DNA of 63,652 nt, filler included, from Octopus bimaculoides (lineage: Eukaryota): the NCBI RefSeq assembly GCF_001194135.2. It is 6 parts of 6 records of this genome, joined end to end, with 100 filler letters (N's around TTAATTAATTAA, not from the genome) between each part and the next. Parts side by side here need not be neighbours in the genome. Positions count along the whole stretch, not along the records: positions 1 to 14,684 come from NC_068982.1; positions 14,785 to 27,473 come from NC_069002.1; 4 more parts are not named here. One strand, 5' to 3'. Position numbers and translations under genes: made by a program. Every line of letters starts with the position of its first letter. The stretch's first letter is position 1. The notes beneath the pieces are model-generated. The model had not been told where the DNA came from. It did no database searches and saw only the letters and a list, made by a program, of their open reading frames with translations. Of the stretch, positions 13,771 through 26,599 are shown piece by piece.

Positions 13771-14650
13771 TAAATAAATAGATAAATAAATAAATAAATG
13801 AATAAATAAATGAAGTGTAGTGGCATATTCCATCAGTAACTAGGCTGTAAATACATGCGGAAATACTAAGACATTGCATATTATAATTTAATACGATACA
13901 AAATGAAACAAAATTTAATACAACAGCATATATGCACCTGGAACGGATAATGTGACAGTCAAGAATTTATTTTCGCAGTCTGAAGACAGGATATCAGTCA
14001 GAACCCTGAAATAACGAAACTTTAGTTTATTCGCTTTATTTCTTTTTCTTTTGTTTTTGTAGTTTCAGTTCAAAGCTATGGCCATGCTGGGGCACCGCCA
14101 TTAAAAATATTTATTTCTTTTAATTATTGCTTATTCTCATAGGCAGGCAAAATCCTTCAAAGTGATATTCTACACGTCTAATGGAAATTAATTTTATCCA
14201 GTCTTATCCATTTGCCCTACAGACACTACTATACACTAATTTCTGGAGACGCAAACCAAACAAAATTCCTGAAATACCAAGTTTTAACTGAAAGACATTT
14301 TGGTATGGGAGAGAACTCATGTAATTTGATACAGCTTATTTCCCTTATTTCAAAGCTCTCCGTAAGATATCAATTTATAAATAAACAGTAGGGCAAAATA
14401 GTATTTTATAAGATGGAAAGACATCTATTTACTGCTACAATTTCTAAATCAGGTATGATATTATCAGTTCCTAACTCTTTCTCCTGTTAACATGGGTAAC
14501 ATGAGTAGTAATTATTTTATTAACTATAGAATGAGAAATTGGCGTTGGCATGAATTCAACCAGAAAGAGGTAAATTTATGCAGGTGCGAACGTATTCATG
14601 ACACATGCTGTGTAATAAATGTAGATGCATGAACACATACAGAGCACATA

Positions 14651-14684
<34 letters not shown>

Positions 14685-14784
14685 NNNNNNNNNNNNNNNN
14701 NNNNNNNNNNNNNNNNNNNNNNNNNNNNTTAATTAATTAANNNNNNNNNNNNNNNNNNNNNNNNNNNNNNNNNNNNNNNNNNNN
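14685..14784. other. Artificial assembly spacer (44 N + TTAATTAATTAA + 44 N)
   Basis: Exact 100-bp layout, repeated five times in the window; the 12-mer gives stops in all six frames. Confidence 0.95.
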
Positions 14785-15153
14785 AACCTGATCTAACAGC
14801 TTGATGCCTCTGTAATTATTTGTATCTAAAGCGTCCCCTTTACCTTTGTAGCAGTTGACTATGATGCTGCTACACCAGTCATAGGGTATGACTCCTTCGT
14901 GTATCACCTGGTTCGTAATACGGGTGACTAGGCTATAGCCAACACTGCCAGATATTTTGAGCATCTCTGCAGTGATTCCTGATGGGCCGGGGGCTTTCCC
15001 GGTCTTCATACTCTTAATTGCTTTATCTACCCTGGTACTATCAACTCGGATAGCTGGTCCCTCTATTGGGTCGACATAAGGCAGGCTCTCTTTCTCCCAT
15101 TCATTCTCTTTGAAAATTAAACAAGGATCGTCTTCAATTTGTTCGTTAGTCAA
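14785..15153 (-). mobile_element. RTE-clade LINE reverse transcriptase fragment
   Basis: AIKSMKTGKAPGPSGITAEMLK...IPYDWCSSIIVNCYKGKGDALDTNNYRGIKLL; cut by the gap. Confidence 0.88.
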
Positions 15154-15357
15154 AATACAAAAACTTGAATATTGGTTAGTTAATCTCTTGGCAGAATTTT
15201 TTAAAGATTGTGGGAGAGTGATTATGAGTGTGTGTAAAATATGTACCGTTCTTATTCCGATGCTAGTCTTATGAGGGCAACAGTTTTAATGGAACGCACT
15301 GCCTGGTGGGAAATCTGCTAACAATGATGTGAGGAAAAGGAACTTCTAGCTAACGGG

Positions 15358-15549
15358 GATCATCATCATCATCATCGTCGTTTAACGTCCGCTTTCCATG
15401 CTAGCATGGGTTGGACGATTTGACTGAGGACTGGTGAAACCAGATGGCTACACCAGACTCCAATCTGATTTGGCAGAGTTTCTACAGCTGGATGCCCTTC
15501 CTAACGCCAACCACTCCGAGAGTGTAGTGGGTGCTTTTTACGTGTCACT
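15358..15549 (-). mobile_element. RTE-type 3' end / short retroposon with (GAT)n tail
   Basis: (CAT)n followed by GTTTAACGTCCGCTTTCCATGC...GGATGCCCTTCCTAACGCCAACCA; related copies near 22870, 25515 and 55425. Confidence 0.6.
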
Positions 15550-15662
15550 AGATGTAAAAAAAGAAAGAAACAACTCATGCAACAAGGAAAAAAACAAAGG
15601 CAAAAACAAATATTAAAAAGAAGTAAAAAAAAACAAAAAGAGAGAAACTTGAAATGACATAC

Positions 15663-16348
15663 TGAAGTGTGAATAGAACCGAACAGTCTGGGATTAGTTT
15701 CTTGACTGCTCCAAGATGGTTGGACTGGTGGCACTGGAACCTGGTGATGTTGGGCTTGAGGCTGCTGTAACTGCCGGTGTTCTGTGGTACTTAGGTGGCT
15801 CGATGCTGCTGCAGTCCGGTTAACAGGGCCCTTCACATCAGGTAATAATCGTAGCTCATCTAGAATAGGGTCCATACAGGAAGTGATGTTACTGTGGTAT
15901 GGTAATCTAAAAATTGGCCGTTCACCACTATTAGAAAACTCAACCTGGCCAGTATTCAGGAATGCTCTTTGGCTCGAGTTGGTCAGCCCAGTTAGGTTGT
16001 TGGGGTTGGAGAATCCAGATGGATGGTGAGAACTAGAAAAAGTACTTTGACCGGAGGATGAAAACACTTCCGGCAAGGAGTTGGAGAAACCAGCTTGACC
16101 TGGCTGCCCCGCAAATGACATGTGGTCAGCGGTCGTGAAACTACGTTGAGTTATTACCCTGTTGCGATTATCTTTCGGTAAATGTTCGAGATTTCGACAG
16201 ATTTCTGCAACAAATGCGTCGCCTTTCATATTTCTTAAATAAAGACAGTTTGGAAAAAATTTGGCGTGTTCAATCCATGGATTGTCTGATTCGTCCCACT
16301 CTCGCAGGTGACCATTACACATATAACAGCACACGGTATCATCGATTC
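15663..16348 (-). CDS. Internal exon of an inhibitor-of-apoptosis (IAP, BIR-domain) gene: C-terminal half of a BIR plus a low-complexity linker
   Basis: Acceptor TCTCTTGCAG|GA ATC and donor TCA|GTATGT; 686 bp open (phase 1 to phase 0). Canonical CX2CX16HX6C motif in DDTVCCYMCNGHLREWDESDNPWIEHAKFFPNCLYL. No other exons recognised in the window. Confidence 0.9.
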
Positions 16349-16889
16349 CTGCAAGAGACAAGAATGGTAAGAATTAGCTATGAGTATCAGGCAGTAAGAT
16401 AATTAAAATGTCAGCAGTTTTAAAATTTTAATGAGAGGTGGAGGAAACACACAGGAAGAAGGGAGAAATACAAAAGGAGCAGATATATATATATAGTAGA
16501 TATTTACTTTGTATTATATTATACTTATTTACTGTGCTTTTACTTATTAATTTTTCTATATGTGACAGTGGATTTTCATCAATGAGTTCATGAACCTTGG
16601 TTCTTTTCCCTAAAACTATATATATATATATTTTATACTGTGAAACTTAATTTAATTTTAATTTTTGATAAATTGAATTTAATTGAGTTTTTACCTGTAA
16701 ATTTGGATTTTTATCCCTAATATTATTATTATTATTTATATAGTAGAATAAAAAATAGAAAATCCTTGGAATACTATTATATATATTTGAAAAAATGAAT
16801 AGAAACGGCTTTCCTGATAATTTTTCCACTTTAATAATTAGATATTTGTGGAAAAATTATCAGAAAAGCCATTCCTATTCATTTTTTTT

Positions 16890-16959
<70 letters not shown>

Positions 16960-17521
16960 AGAGCCAGTGAAAAAAAATATCATATCTACAGAATAAAAAT
17001 ACTGCAGCAATATATATGCATATAATGAGTTAGTATTAAAAAACAATAAAGTATATATCCACCAAATTTAAGAGCTCGTTTCTTTGTAACATATCGTTAG
17101 ACTCCAATACATTATTATGATTCAATAATCATAAGTGAAATGAATTTGCATATTTGTATATATATATGTTGGCTAAATGTTGAAAGTAACATATTTAGAA
17201 TAATAAAAAAAACAAAGATTTCACAGATGTTTCGCAATTTAATTCTAAGTTCTACATCTGTTTCAACAATTAACACACAGACATCATCATCAATATACTC
17301 ATTTAACAAATACAAAGATATATAATTAATTTAGATATGCTAGATAAACTCTGTTTCATCAAGAAATAAAACTGAAACATGAATATCAAAGTACCATTAC
17401 TAAATTAATTATGTATTTTTAAATATTAATTACATAATTATATGGCTGATGTTTGTATTTAAAATGATGAAACAGCTGTAGAATTTAGAATCAAATTTTG
17501 AAACAACTGTGAAAATTTTGC

Positions 17522-17592
<71 letters not shown>

Positions 17593-18120
17593 CAATAAAT
17601 ATATAATATATACACACACACATGCATACATACATATATATAATAGAGTGTATAAAAAAAGAAGACAGAGCTAGATCATAGGCAGACAATTGAACAGGAC
17701 TAATGTGACTGGATAACTAATATAAAGTTACCAATGTAGACATACATAGCAAACAACAATAGCTGTTGTTGCTCCTGTTTAACCCTAGGTTAGTCTTTAT
17801 CCAGCATACTCAATTATCAAAGGTATTTCAGCAACAGCCAGAGTATCTGCTATTATTTTTGAGCTCTAGTTCAGACTTGATCCAACAATCCTATGATCAA
17901 AAGCATTTCAGATATGACCATCCCATTTACCGATGCTGTTTAGCTCTAAGTTACTCTTGACCCGGCAAATTTCTGATCAAATGTGTTCCATCTATGATCA
18001 TCCAGTCTTCTTATTTCAAGAAGAGTTCCCTGGACTACATTATTGAATGTGTCTTTTTTTTTTTAAATCATAGGAATATGGTTTGAGGGATATTTCGCTG
18101 TTGTTTCTAACAAGTCAAGC

Positions 18121-18677
18121 CAGAGACAAAGAAACAATCCATGCAGTGGAAACGCCCCTCCTCACCTGCTCCAAAGAAGGTCAAGGTTGTTTCATCTGCA
18201 AGGAAGGTGATGGCTTCAATTTCTTCAGATGCAAAAGGCACTGTATTCATTGATTATCCTTGAAACGGTCACACCATCAATGGAGAGTACTATGCCAATT
18301 TGCTGAGGCAGCTACAAAAGGCTATCAAGACCAGATGCTCAGGAAAACTGACAAAAGGGGACCCTGGTTTCATCAGGACAATGTTCCAGCATACAAGCCC
18401 TTGCTTTCAATGGCTGCTGCTGTGTGTGAATGTGGTTTTGAACTGGCTGATCCCCCTCCCTGTTCTCCTGATTTGGCCCAAAACACGAAAGAACACTTGG
18501 ATGCGAACCAGTATTGCAGTGATGACGAAAGCTTCTTCACCAATGGTATCCAAGCGCTGCAACACTGATGGAAGCGGTGGGTAGATTGTAAAGGGGACTG
18601 TGTTGAGAATAAGCCTCATTTTATCACATTTCAAGAGAGTATATTGGTCAGCCTATGAACTTTTCAGTTGACCCTCA
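18121..18677 (+). mobile_element. Mariner transposon 3' half, decayed
   Basis: ETKKQSMQWKRPSSPAPKKVKVVSSARKVMAS, HQDNVPAY and PPCSPDLA; TIR-like end GAACTTTTCAGTTGACCCTCA. Confidence 0.8.
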
Positions 18678-18980
18678 TGGTTTAGGAATGTATGAGAACA
18701 CAAAATGTTTGTTTATGCTTTCCATTTTTGAAGAAAATTGGCAAATTCAATAAAAATACTTTGCAGGAGAGGAGGGCAAATTCAAACAGAAACGAAGACA
18801 ATGGCTGAAATACGCTAAATAGATGGGGGGGNNNNNNNNNNNNNNNGGGGGGGGGGAATAGATATTTTTTACTCTTTATTGTAAGAGAGTTCAAAAACTA
18901 AGTGGAGAGCAGTAAGAATATCTATGACTGTCAATGGCAACCAATACTATTGTCTGCTTAATAAAAACATGATTTCTAAT

Positions 18981-19020
<40 letters not shown>

Positions 19021-19883
19021 CCACAAGTTTTGAAGCAAAAAGAATTGATTATATTGACTCCTGAAACTAAACTGGAACTTATTGATTTCCAGGAAGGATG
19101 ACAGACAGACTAAATTGACCTTGGTGAAATTTGAACTCAGAATGTGCCTAAACACTGCAAAGCATTCTGTCCAATGCTCTAAAAATTCTGTCTTGTAAGT
19201 TGTCAATAGAAATCAATTACATTTATTTATTTATGTAACCATGTCTACGCACTGGTTTTAATTTCAGTTATAACCATTTAATTGTCATTTATATCACTTA
19301 TTACACCTGAGAATTACATCCACAGGATATGTCTGCAGATTATATGGAGACAAAAACATAGAACACAATAACATCATCATCGTCGTCGTCTCTGGTTGTC
19401 CAGTCTTGACAAAAATCTAAGTGTCTGTGAACAAGGACAACAGCCTGGTGGCTATGTACACTGGGAAACTAACCATATTACTATATTGACATAGAAAACA
19501 GATGGTACACATTAAAAAAACATAGTGAGGAAATGACAGGACAAAACTCACAGTAACATGAGGTACACAAAGTAATGCGAAGAAACTGGATAGACAAAAG
19601 GCTCAGTGATATGGGTTATCACATATAAGATTCACTGCCCTGCTGCCAAAACAAAAATAAAACACTCCTCAAAAAATTATCCCAGGGTCCTGTATGTGAA
19701 GTTGGTCCTCTTAATGTATTGAAAGTGTTTTTTTTTTTTTCTTGAATATGTGCTACTGGAATTGGAGTGTGCCTAATATGCCTGTGCATCTTTTATGCTA
19801 TCAAACACGGAACATGCAATATGTGAAAAATACATAGACAAAGCTATAGCAATATGAGAGACAGTCAAAGTGAGAATAACGTC

Positions 19884-20510
19884 AGACATAGACATGGCTG
19901 TGTGGTAAGAAGTTTGCTTTCCAGTCATATGGCTCTGGGTTCAGTCCCACTGTGTGGAACCTTGGGCAAGTGTCTTCCATTTAGCCCTCGACCAACCAAA
20001 GCTTTGTCAATGGACTTGGTAGACAGAAACTGAAATAAGGTGACGAGCTGGCAGAAACATTAGCATGCCGGGCGAAATGCTTAGCGGTATTTCGTCCGCC
20101 ACTACGTTCTGAGTTCAAATTCCACCGAGGTCGACTTTGCCTTTCATCCTTTCGGGGTTAATAAATTAAGTACCAGTTACGCACTGAGGTCAATACAATC
20201 GACTTAATCTGTTTGTCTGTCCTTGTTTGTCCCCTCTGTGTGTAGCCCCTAGTGGGCAGTAAAGAAATAAGAAACTGAAAGAAGTCCATTGTATGTGAGT
20301 GACCTTGTGTTTGTCCCCCACTGCTGTTGGACAAATGGTGTTGGCTGGTCTGTGTCCCCAATAACTTAGCAGTTCAGTGAAAAGAAACTGATAGAATAAG
20401 TACCAGACTTAAAAATAAAAGAACTGGATTTGATTTGTTTGACTAAACCCTCCAAGTTGGTACCCCGGCATTGCTGCAGTACAATGACTGAAACAAGTAA
20501 AAGATAGAAG
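19884..20510 (+). mobile_element. SINE family A copy interrupted by a family B SINE (20036-20269)
   Basis: 11-bp target-site duplication AGAAACTGAAA at 20025-20035 and 20270-20280 flanks the insert. Confidence 0.8.
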
Positions 20511-20677
20511 CCGTCAATATAATATGTGAGGAAACTGACAGAGAAAAACCACATAAATACGAGACACTTACACATAGTAAGTAGTGTTGGATTTTATATA
20601 TTGCACCTATGATGTCCTGATGTTAGAGATGATATGTTGAGGAGATGCAGGTAGTTTTCATTGATATTGTCAAAGTC

Positions 20678-21075
20678 AACTTTGTTGTTGTTGTTGGCAC
20701 TCCATTGCTTACGACATCGAAGGTTCCAGTTCATCTGATCAACGGAACAGCCTGCTCGTGAAATTAACGTGCAAGTGGCTGAGCACTCCACAGACACATG
20801 TGTACTCTTAATGTAGTTCTCGGGGATATTCAGCGTGACACAGTGTGACAAGGCTGACCCTTTGAATTACAGGCACAACAGAAACAGGAAGTAAGAGTGA
20901 GAGAAAGTTGTGGTGAAAGAGTACAGCAGGGTTCGCCACCATCCTCTGCCGGAGCCTCATGGAGCTTTAGGTGTTTTCGCTCAATAAACACTCACAACGC
21001 CCGGTCTGGGAATTGAAACCGCGATCCTATGACTGCGAGTCCACTGCTCTAGCCACTGGGCCATTGCGCCTCCAC
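20678..21075 (-). mobile_element. tRNA-derived SINE, family C (GTGGAGGCGCAATGGCCCAGTGG... head)
   Basis: tRNA-like head on the minus strand and (AAC)n tail; partial homologue at 57771-57990 (+). Confidence 0.75.
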
Positions 21076-21129
21076 TAAAGTCAACTTTATATAGCATTTA
21101 ATAAGCATCAACAATACAGATCTCCTTTA

Positions 21130-21497
21130 TGGCCATGAACCTTTGGCCAAGTCCTTCAGTGGCTGCAGAAAGTGCCCATGGAACAATCCTAAGATTGATT
21201 CCTACCCATTCCCAAGGAGACCGACAAGCTAGCAGGAATATGGCTGTAGTATGTTATGTACTGTCTGAGACGACAAGAGTTGCCTGCCAGCCAAATTATC
21301 ATTTGGGTACTGACCTGTAGGACAGGTGACCTCTAGAAGTGTCCTACCAAAACAATGGCCAAGACTCTGGAGGAGGACAGTTGTACCATGACTGCTGATG
21401 AACTTGGGACAATGAGGATGGAATAGGGTATCTGAATCACTTGTCAATATGTTTGAGGCAAGTGTAAATTATAATCAATAGATGATGATGATGATAA
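21130..21497 (+). mobile_element. RTE LINE 3' end, decayed
   Basis: PTKTMAKTLEEDSCTMTADELGTMRME resembles the RTE C-terminus; ends in (GAT)n. Confidence 0.55.
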
Positions 21498-22691
21498 CAA
21501 ACATTACAACATACTCTTTCTCTCTCTCATACACACAAGATAAACAACTCTGTAGTATACACACATGCAGCACAGCAGATCTGTGCCCAGTGATGCAACG
21601 ACATCAGCCAGTAACAGTGACATCAATATCGCTATTAACAGACAGAAATATTTAAAATCAAAAGAAACTCTGTAAGAGACCGCCATGAACAGAGACAAGC
21701 CGGTAGGAAAGATATGTAGGAAATGTATCAATTTTGGTATTTTGGTTGGATGTCTCCCACAGGACCACCTAGGTAGGTGTTATAGGCAGGTATAAATATT
21801 CAAGCTAATGAAAAAGAGCTTCTATACAGCTGGTTAACCTGCTAGAAAAAGCAGTTGGATCTCAACTTATACACTACTGTTTAAAAACAAAAAGAAAAAC
21901 AGAAGGGCACTAGATAATGTAGCCCTAAATATAAGATCTAGAATAAAAAGTGAGAGTGTGATGGGTGGAATACCTTTGAAAGTATGTTGGATTGAAGTTG
22001 ACCTTGGCTAAACACCAACTAGATTTATTTACAGTATGGTAAATCTACAATATACTTAGATAAACAAAAGCTGGGACAGAACAAACAACAACAACATACA
22101 TATGTGACAATAGCAACAACTTCGTTAGTAACAATATGTGACTTGAGTAAACAGGTCTAAGTTAGGACGACCTCAATCAAAACTGATGAAAGTGTTGTTA
22201 ACAATGACAATGAGAGATGTTGACCATCATTGGATTGAAGACCCCGATAGTGAACGTTGAATTAGTGGAACGCTGGTTTTATAAAGTCAACAGTTCAAAC
22301 CTCACCACAGCGACTGTGTTTGCCGAGTGTATGCGTGTGAGAGAACAAGATACATTCTTGTGTTTGTGCCCCAGTCTGTCTGGCTAAAAATAGATAACAT
22401 TCCCACTACCCCAGCCCTCCGTGTACAGAGTGGTGGTGGTGGTAGGAGGCTCAACTACTGCTACCATCGCCACTACCACCACCACCACCACCACCACCAC
22501 CATCATCATCCAGCTGTAAAAATACTTCCAACAACACCAACATCAGTTCATACACAAAACACGTACAGAAAAATAACATCCCACCCATGTTTTTATGTTA
22601 GAATCGTTTTTTTTTTTTTAATGTAAAATAGATAAAAAAAAATAATTAAAAAATTCAGATGTTCCTGGGGAAGAAAAAAATCCTTGTTTGA

Positions 22692-22725
<34 letters not shown>

Positions 22726-22815
22726 GGGGAAGGTGGAAGAGCAGGGAGAAAGAGAGAAACAGAAAGATGGATGGATGTAAATGTAGAAGAAAGAAAATGA
22801 TGTAGAAAGAAAAAC

Positions 22816-22870
<55 letters not shown>

Positions 22871-24049
22871 CTCATCATTTTAACATCCACTTTCCCATGC
22901 TTGCATGGGTCAGATAAAATTCATTGAGGCACAAGAGCAGCCGGAGGCTCTTCAAGTCACCAACCTTCAATTATTTCCAAACAAGGAATATTTCCCATGG
23001 TCTTTTGAACATGACCAGCACAATGGCTGGACATGTCATCATGAGAGATTGCAGACAAAAAACACCACTTATACGACGGTGACATTTGTTTACAATAAGT
23101 GTGTGACTTCAAGACAAGGAAATACAAGATCTCTCACAAGATCTCTCACAAGATCTCTCACAAGATCCTCACAAGGCTTTAGCCATCCTGGGATTACAGT
23201 AGAAGACACTTGCCCACAGTCAAATGACTGAAACGATTAAAAGAGTAGGTAAAAGAGAGACTACACCATTTATTCAAAAAGTAGTGGTCTTTGTTGTTGT
23301 TGTTGTTTACCCCCCCCCCCCCCNNNNNNNNNNGTAAGCCCTGATCTGGTGCTTCCCGCAATGACTATCCTGTCTTCATCTAATATGTTCTCACCTGATT
23401 TAACACAACAGGGAATGATTAGAAAGGGATTTAGCAGCTAATTTCTAACAAATATCCCTATACTTAACAGGACAGTGAGACTTGTTTCACTGAAGGTGAG
23501 ATCACCAACCCATAGACATACCTTTGAAAAATTTGCATGTCAACTGGTTGTCACGCAGCAGGTTTATAGTCAAAAAAATTTATAACAACGAGAGTGCATA
23601 ACAATGGAAACGGTCGAACCTCCTGCTACTGTTATTGCTATAAATTCTTTGTAAACTGCTATCTCCGGTAGATCTTTCAGTAGAAGTGAATGGGAGCCTG
23701 TCATAAAAATAACTGCAGCTCAAATGTTATTTTTAGTGTTCCCTTTCTGGCTGAACATTCCTCTGTTAATGTTGAATTCAGTGGCCCCCAACTACACCTG
23801 GAGGTGCAGGTATGTTCTGTGGTCTTCTTAAAAATAGATCCATTCAGAGTTTTCTCTAGATATCTAACCTACACTTACAGAATTCCTTAAGTGTTTAAAA
23901 TCATTTGATACAAAGTTTAATTAAATGTGAAACAAAACACCATTCAGTTAAGTAACTCACCCAATAATAAACATACTATTTACTTTGGAAACAGATGCTA
24001 GAGGCCACCTTTGGAGTTGCTCTTAAATTAAAAACTAGAAACAGTTTCT

Positions 24050-24282
24050 TATTTCTTTATTGGCCACAAGGGGCTACACACAGAGGGGACAAAGAAGGAC
24101 AGACAAGCAGATTAAGTCAGTTATATCGACCCCAGTGCGTAACTGGTACTTATTTAATCGACCCCGAAAGGATGAAAGGCAAAGTCGACCTCGGCAGAAT
24201 TTGAACTCAGAACGTAGCAACAGACGAAATACCGCTAAGCATTTCGCCCCACATGCTAACATTTCTGCCAGCTCACCACCTT
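24050..24282 (-). mobile_element. SINE family B, full-length copy
   Basis: Reverse complement of the 20036-20269 copy. Confidence 0.8.
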
Positions 24283-24373
24283 GAAAGAACAGTTTCTAAT
24301 TTAGGTAAAAGACCAGTAATTTCAGAGGGGAGAAAATTTGTTAATTACATCAACTATAATCATTTCTTTTTAA

Positions 24374-24579
24374 CTCTTTAGCATTTAAATCATCCATATC
24401 CGGCCAAGATATTCCACCTGTTTTATTTTCATACCAGCCAGATTCTACCTCTTACACATACCCTACAATGTCATTTTAAAAATAAACACAATGAAAACCT
24501 TGAAGCTACAAGATAATGAATGATCAATTCAAAACAGTATAAGTATTATATTGAACAGGGTAATCTGAATGCTAAAGGG
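24374..24579. mobile_element. piggyBac-type MITE (206 bp)
   Basis: TTAA at 24370-73 and 24580-83; termini CTCTTTAGCATT ... AATGCTAAAGGG; truncated relative from 26434. Confidence 0.7.
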
Positions 24580-25779
24580 TTAAATAAGGGTTTCTTAAGA
24601 CAGATGTTGTCACAGGTCCAGATTGGTTAATCAAACTGACTCCTTCTCCAATGAATGGCTGGAACTTATTCTTTCGAAGCCCCCAAAAAATGACAGGCAA
24701 AGTTAATTTCAATGAGGTTTGAAATCAGAACTGAGAGAGATGACTAAATACAGAGCAAGCCAAATAAAGGAAGACAGAACTTGTTGGAAATAGCAGCTAA
24801 ATATCCTTCAAATCACACCATACTATTGGAAGGCATGATTTGAGACCAGGATGGTTATTGATGAAACACAGGCACTGAGAAGGTCATGGTTGGAACCTAG
24901 AGAGTAATATTGATTATGGATGGAATGAATAAGAGGCCAGGATGGTCATGGCTGGATTGCTTTGATTGCAGGTTTGCTTGTTCTGAGCTCTCCTTGGGTT
25001 AAACAACATACTAAAAGCAGTAAAGATATGTAAATCAGAACTAAACGTATTATCAATTATAAATGAATTGTCTTCAACTGAGAACTAAAGCCAACAACAG
25101 TAGCAGCAACAACAGCAGCAGCAACAACAGCAGTAGCAACAACAACAACAACAACAGCAACAGCAGTTATAATTGTGAACCAAATTCAATCATGGCCTCC
25201 AGCCAAACAATTAACTTTGAAGATATTCGTAGTTTGCTGTTGAGAGAGGCAGCTTAAACAATATTTCGGAACGTTTGCTGCAATATACTCTTTCTAGGGA
25301 TATTCTAAATGGTAAATTATTATTTAGCGCTAGGTCAGCCCTGATCCAATTGATCAATATCAGAGACATTCAAGGGTCAACCACCCCATCCCACCCCAGC
25401 CTCTTCTTTTCATGAACAGCTGGCCCACCCCAGGCCTTTCGTCATTCTTAAGACATATAATAACCTTATGTCATAAATTTACATAAGACTTTTTTTTTCA
25501 TGCTTCAAATGCCAACATATCATCATCATCATCATCATCATTTAACATCCACTTTTCATGCTTGCATGAGTCAGACAGAATTTGTTGAGGCAAATTTTTT
25601 TACAGTTGGATACCCTTATTGTTACCAACCCTCAACAATTTCCAAGCAAGGTGATATTTTTCCCATGCCCACACATGTTTTTCACGGGAGACTGGAAATG
25701 AAAAACCATTGTATGGCAATGATGCTTGTCTACAACCATCACGTGATATCAATATCAAGTCAAAAGCACATGCATGCAT

Positions 25780-25862
<83 letters not shown>

Positions 25863-26599
25863 CGATAGATGATGGGCTTCTTTCGGTTTTTGTCAACCAA
25901 ATCCACTCATAAGGCTGTGATTGATCTGGGGTAGAGCCTTGCCCAAGGTGCTGCTCAGTGGAACTGAACCCAAGACCGTATGGTTAGGAAGCAAACTTCT
26001 CAACCATACAGCCACATAATGTACTAAAAATCAACCAAAAACACACTAAACCACTTCAACTATTTATTTTCAAAATTAACTGAAACCTTACTGACATTGT
26101 ATTTGGATAGAAATAAAGGCATAGAAGGATTCAACACTGGTAGGGAAAGATACGGGGCTGTTTAGTTGCTGTTTCTAGCAGGTCAAGCAACATAGAGACT
26201 CCCTTGTTGGCTTGTTAAATGTAAGTTGAGGCAAGACCAGCAAATTTGAAGAGGAAGGAGTAAGTTGATTACGCCGACACCAATAATTGATCGGTGCTTT
26301 ATATTATCAGTCCCGAAAGGAAGAAAGGCAAAGCTGGTATCGGTGGAGTTGAACACAGAGTGTAATGAGCCAAAATGCATTTGGCAAAACATGTTCGGAC
26401 TAATCTAATAATTCTGCTAATCTACTTACCACCTTAACCATTTAAGCATTTAATCTGGCCATATCTAGCTCAAATATTTCGTTCTGTTAAAACTGGACAG
26501 ATCTGGCTTCTCACACCTAGTCTACAATGTCATTTTAAAAAATAAGCTATCACATCATTGAAATCTCAAAGCTACGAGATTGTGCAGGATTAATCAAAA

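Noticed and set aside
13975-14020. CTGAAGA...CCTGAAA hammerhead-like string
   Set aside because: Stem II closure and stems I and III do not fit the core geometry.
20990-21075. tRNA-like sequence
   Set aside because: It is the head of a family C SINE, continuing into the SINE body; not a tRNA gene.
21229-21447. Possible upstream IAP exon (minus ORF with HPHCPKF and a phase-1 donor CAG|GTCAGT)
   Set aside because: It lacks the BIR N-terminal motifs, and the plus strand explains the region as an RTE 3' end.
23124-23170. 12-bp tandem ACAAGATCTCTC, about 4 copies
   Set aside because: Local slippage at the edge of a SINE fragment; no spacers, so not CRISPR-like.
25063-25257. 64-aa N/S-rich ORF
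   Set aside because: Built on an (AAC/AGC)n microsatellite, with no domain or splice support.
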